Assembly: GCA_034439575.1 (NCBI GenBank)
Contig: JAWXAQ010000033.1
Span: forward strand, 160,001 to 224,000
DNA: 64,000 bases
Reading direction: 5' to 3'
Source of the DNA: Leptospira sp.
Lineage (GTDB): Bacteria; Spirochaetota; Leptospiria; Leptospirales; Leptospiraceae
Below the pieces are notes generated by a model that worked only from the letters and a program-made list of their open reading frames with translations, was not told the DNA's origin and made no database searches. Positions 60,736 to 64,000 of this stretch are shown here, in pieces. Numbering within the stretch: the stretch's first letter is position 1; each line of letters opens with the position of its first letter. A program made the position numbers and the translations under genes.

Positions 60736-61176
60736 ATGGCTCTAGTTAAAAACCAAACAGAAGTAACTAATTCCACGATCGGAGAAAACTCCTACTTCAA
60801 TGGTAAATTCTTTATTAATGGCTCATTGAAAATCGACGGCAAGTTTGAAGGAAAATCCCTGCAAGCGGAACACCTTTATATTGGTGTCACTGGAAAAGTA
60901 AAAACCAATATTACGGCTTCGAGCGTGATAGTAGAAGGAATTGTTGCCGGAAACGTGACAGCTCGTAACCGAGTCATGTTACTTCCGACTTCAAAGATTC
61001 TTGGTGATATCAAAACCCCTGAACTTATCATTCAAAATGGAGTGATTTTGGAAGGTCGTTGTATGATTTCAAATGATCTCAAACACAGTGCGAAAGATTT
61101 GATCGAGTTAGAATACTCAAAAGACTCTTTAAGCGTTGAAAAAATCTTTGGGAAACAACCAAACGCTAAAGAATAA
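60736..61176 (+). CDS. Bactofilin (polymer-forming cytoskeletal protein)
   Basis: STIGE...F.G, LKIDGKFEG, G.V..NI.A..VIVEG.V.GNV.A, GDIKT..L.I..G...EG. Confidence 0.9.
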   Translation: MALVKNQTEVTNSTIGENSYFNGKFFINGSLKIDGKFEGKSLQAEHLYIGVTGKVKTNITASSVIVEGIVAGNVTARNRVMLLPTSKILGDIKTPELIIQNGVILEGRCMISNDLKHSAKDLIELEYSKDSLSVEKIFGKQPNAKE

Positions 61177-62118
61177 TTGAAGACCATTCTTCTTTCAGAA
61201 GGAGACCCGACTAGTATCAATTATGAACTAATTTCAGGGTCTCTTTCTTATTTAAAAAAAGTATCCAAAACCTATCGTATTGTCCTCGTCCGAGGAAATC
61301 ACAAAATCAAATCTAAAGACTTCACACGAGTTGAAACATTGCCAAATGAACCTGGTTTGTATGCTTTAGAATTCAGCTCAGTCTCACCGTCCGAAGACAA
61401 ACAAATCAAATTAGGAAAACCAAGTGAAGTCTCAGGGCGAGTGGCATACCAATCACTTTTGCACGCGATACAATTGCAAAAAGAGACGAAGGATTCTCAT
61501 TTGATCACTCTTCCTTTAAGTAAAGAGTGGGTGATTAAGGCTGGCGTCAGCGGTTTTCGAGGACATACGGAAACATTAGCAGATGCATATCGCTGTCCGA
61601 CTTTTATGATGATGACGGGTAAAAAATTAAAAGTGATTCCGCTTACCACTCATGTTCCGATTCAAAAAGTCGCCGATGAACTAACAAAAGTTCAATTACC
61701 AGAACTCATCAAAGCCATCCGGCAAACTAAATTATTAAAAAATCCAAAGATCGGCCTTCTTGGCCTTAACCCGCACGCGGGTGAAGGGGGTAAGATCGGG
61801 GATGAGGAACAAACAATTTTATCCCCTATGATTGATGCGTTTAGAAAGGCAAAATTTCAAATTTCAGGACCAATTCCAGGTGATTCTGCGTTCAATGTAA
61901 GCCAATATCCTTATGATCTTTATCTCTCCTGTTACCATGATCAGGGTTTGATTCCATTTAAAATGATTGAAGGAAAGACTGGGGTGAATGTAACCTTAGG
62001 ATTAGATTTTATTCGCGTATCGCCAGATCATGGCACGGCCTTCGACATAGCAGGTAAAGGCAAAGCTGATCCATCGGGACTAATCTCTTGTTTAAAACTT
62101 TTGGTAGCCGACAGATGA
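61177..62118 (+). CDS. pdxA: 4-hydroxythreonine-4-phosphate dehydrogenase
   Basis: GDPTSI, GHTE, TTHVP, LNPHAGE.G..G.EE, YHDQG, RVSPDHGTAFDIAG. Confidence 0.93.
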   Translation: MKTILLSEGDPTSINYELISGSLSYLKKVSKTYRIVLVRGNHKIKSKDFTRVETLPNEPGLYALEFSSVSPSEDKQIKLGKPSEVSGRVAYQSLLHAIQLQKETKDSHLITLPLSKEWVIKAGVSGFRGHTETLADAYRCPTFMMMTGKKLKVIPLTTHVPIQKVADELTKVQLPELIKAIRQTKLLKNPKIGLLGLNPHAGEGGKIGDEEQTILSPMIDAFRKAKFQISGPIPGDSAFNVSQYPYDLYLSCYHDQGLIPFKMIEGKTGVNVTLGLDFIRVSPDHGTAFDIAGKGKADPSGLISCLKLLVADR

Positions 62119-62534
62119 CACTTATTGAATATCTTGCTTTCCCGATTCTATTTATTTGGTTTATAGGATTACTATTAACTTTCTTTAGGCGAGATTTAGA
62201 GCCACATTGGAAATTCTTTTTCTTTTTGGTTTTTTGTTTTTATATGGTTCAGTTCTTTCCTGAATTTTGGGCTGGAATCGGAAGATGGAAATTGAATCCA
62301 AAACAAGAATTGTTGACTTGGATCTCTGCTATGGGCAATGCTTTTTATGTTTTTTTGTTTTTGTTATGGCCCATTGTTTTGGTTCGCATTTATTATTCGG
62401 CATCGAATAATTTGAGTAAGACGCTCATTCCCGTTCTTGCTTATGGAACCGTGGTTTATTGGGTATTATTTTTGTTATGGTCCTATTATTCGAAAGAATG
62501 GAATGAGTTTTTGCAAAGTATCATCAATAAGTAA
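62115..62534 (+). CDS. Hypothetical membrane protein (about 4 TM)
   Basis: ATGA overlap with pdxA stop; hydrophobic segments. Confidence 0.7.
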   Translation: MTLIEYLAFPILFIWFIGLLLTFFRRDLEPHWKFFFFLVFCFYMVQFFPEFWAGIGRWKLNPKQELLTWISAMGNAFYVFLFLLWPIVLVRIYYSASNNLSKTLIPVLAYGTVVYWVLFLLWSYYSKEWNEFLQSIINK

Positions 62535-62551
62535 ATTTTTAAGGAAATAAA

Positions 62552-63667
62552 ATGCCAGTACCTTTTATAGATATCAAACGATTCGAAGCCGGATTCCTAA
62601 ATGAGTGGAATGAAAAAGTAAAAACTCTTTCCTCTGTTGCGCAATTTATCGGCGGAACAGAAGTGAGCGAGTTAGAGAATGAGTTATGTGCATGGACACA
62701 AACAAAATTTGCACTAGCTTGTGCTAACGGTACTGATGCGATACAAATTGCTTTAAGAGCTGTTGGAGTAGGTCGAGGTGATAAAGTTTTAGTTCCTGAT
62801 TCTACGTTTTGGGCGACTTTTGAGTCTGTTGTCAATGTTGGAGCTGATCCTTATACAATAGATACAAATCCAAACGATTTACAAATGGATTTTTCGGTTT
62901 TCAAAGAAGCCATTGAAAAAGTAAAACCAAAGGCTGCGATCATCGTACACCTATATGGTTGGGGATCTGGTGATATCGAATCGTATCGAAAATTGTGCAA
63001 AGAAAAAAATATCCCATTAATCGAAGATGGTGCACAATGTTTCGGGGTAAAATACAAAGGTGATCCGATTTATAAAGATGCATTGATTTCTACTACTAGT
63101 TTTTATCCAGCAAAGGTGTTAGGTGCTGCTGGTGATGGTGGTGCAGTTTTTACAAATGATGAAGAACTATCAATCATAGCGAGACGGCTTGCCAATCATG
63201 GCAGAACTTCCCATTATGAGCATGGTCTCGTTGGATGGAATTCTAGACTAGATTCGTTGCAAGGTGCCTTCCTTAGACTATCTTTAAAACATCTGAATGC
63301 ACGAATTGATTCTAGGCGTAAGTCAGCAGAATTCTTTTACAAAAATTTACCTACACTAGGTATCAATGTCATTCATCCACCGAAGGATTTTTATGAAAAT
63401 GGATATTGCAACGTAACACTTGTAAATCCAGAAGAGAGACCCAAAATCGAAGCAGTTTTGAAAGAAAAAGGCATCGGATTTGGAAATATCTATCCTGGTG
63501 CCATGTCAGATCAACCTGGAGCGAAACCTCATTTAATTGAAAGATTTGGCAAAGATCAAAATGCTAGACGGATCGCATCCTCGGTGTTAAACTTTCCTTT
63601 ATTCGCATACATGACTGATTCTGAATTGGATGAAGTTTTATCAGCGATAAAGGCATATAAATCCTAG
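62552..63667 (+). CDS. DegT/DnrJ/EryC1/StrS sugar aminotransferase
   Basis: [35 protein letters not shown]. Confidence 0.93.
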   Translation: MPVPFIDIKRFEAGFLNEWNEKVKTLSSVAQFIGGTEVSELENELCAWTQTKFALACANGTDAIQIALRAVGVGRGDKVLVPDSTFWATFESVVNVGADPYTIDTNPNDLQMDFSVFKEAIEKVKPKAAIIVHLYGWGSGDIESYRKLCKEKNIPLIEDGAQCFGVKYKGDPIYKDALISTTSFYPAKVLGAAGDGGAVFTNDEELSIIARRLANHGRTSHYEHGLVGWNSRLDSLQGAFLRLSLKHLNARIDSRRKSAEFFYKNLPTLGINVIHPPKDFYENGYCNVTLVNPEERPKIEAVLKEKGIGFGNIYPGAMSDQPGAKPHLIERFGKDQNARRIASSVLNFPLFAYMTDSELDEVLSAIKAYKS

Positions 63668-63674
63668 GATCAAT

Positions 63675-64000
63675 ATGGAAAAATTTAGAGCCGGTGTATT
63701 TCTTTTTTTATTGCTAGTATTAGCAGTCTTGACTTTTAGTTTAACTAAGAGTTGGCGATTGTATGATTCTGGCTATGAAGTAACTGTGGAATCACCGGAG
63801 GATAAAGATAAGGAAAAGGACAAAGAAACTGTCGTTGAACCAACAGATATCATTGATTTAGAAGATGGGAATGGAAAAGTATTTTGGAAGCAGTTCTATA
63901 TTTATCCCGTTGGACTTGTAACGGAAACAGGTGGTTATAACCCAGATGGTATCATTTCTCATGCGAGAAATCTTTATTCTACAAATTTAAAAACAGGATC
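63675..64000 (+). CDS. Membrane-anchored hypothetical protein, 3'-truncated by window edge
   Basis: MEKFRAGVFLFLLLVLAVLTFSL..., frame open to the end of the window; AGGA RBS. Confidence 0.65.
   Translation, partial: MEKFRAGVFLFLLLVLAVLTFSLTKSWRLYDSGYEVTVESPEDKDKEKDKETVVEPTDIIDLEDGNGKVFWKQFYIYPVGLVTETGGYNPDGIISHARNLYSTNLKTG

Overview
AT-rich, gene-dense bacterial chromosome segment. Gene content and order (cheA/C-cheB-cheY-scpA-scpB-pheA-tyrA, dapL, futalosine-type ubiA/ubiX, several SpoIIE sensors, FapA, bactofilin) point by inference to Leptospira, probably a saprophytic species. It holds about 55 CDS, mostly housekeeping (glyA, PBP1A, sppA, rpmB, nth, pyrB, dapL, rho, rpmE, gltA, pdxA), and one tRNA-Val(GAC). 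I saw no IS, integrase, prophage, CRISPR or rRNA. The most interesting unexplained module is 12482-19386: a TonB-dependent receptor with a ~200-aa N-terminal extension, a TM-HAMP-PP2C(SpoIIE)-TPR membrane phosphatase, and an orphan ABC-type substrate-binding/TPR protein with no permease or ATPase. I infer a trans-envelope signalling system. Other notable items are a sigma54 promoter with three tandem candidate activator sites, a GC-rich multi-hairpin element after glyA, Fur-like boxes, an IscU-pentapeptide fusion, a CBS-PAS-Fis protein without an AAA+ domain, and a sensor gene whose reading frame runs through the gltA terminator. All functional calls come from motif recognition by eye; no searches were run.
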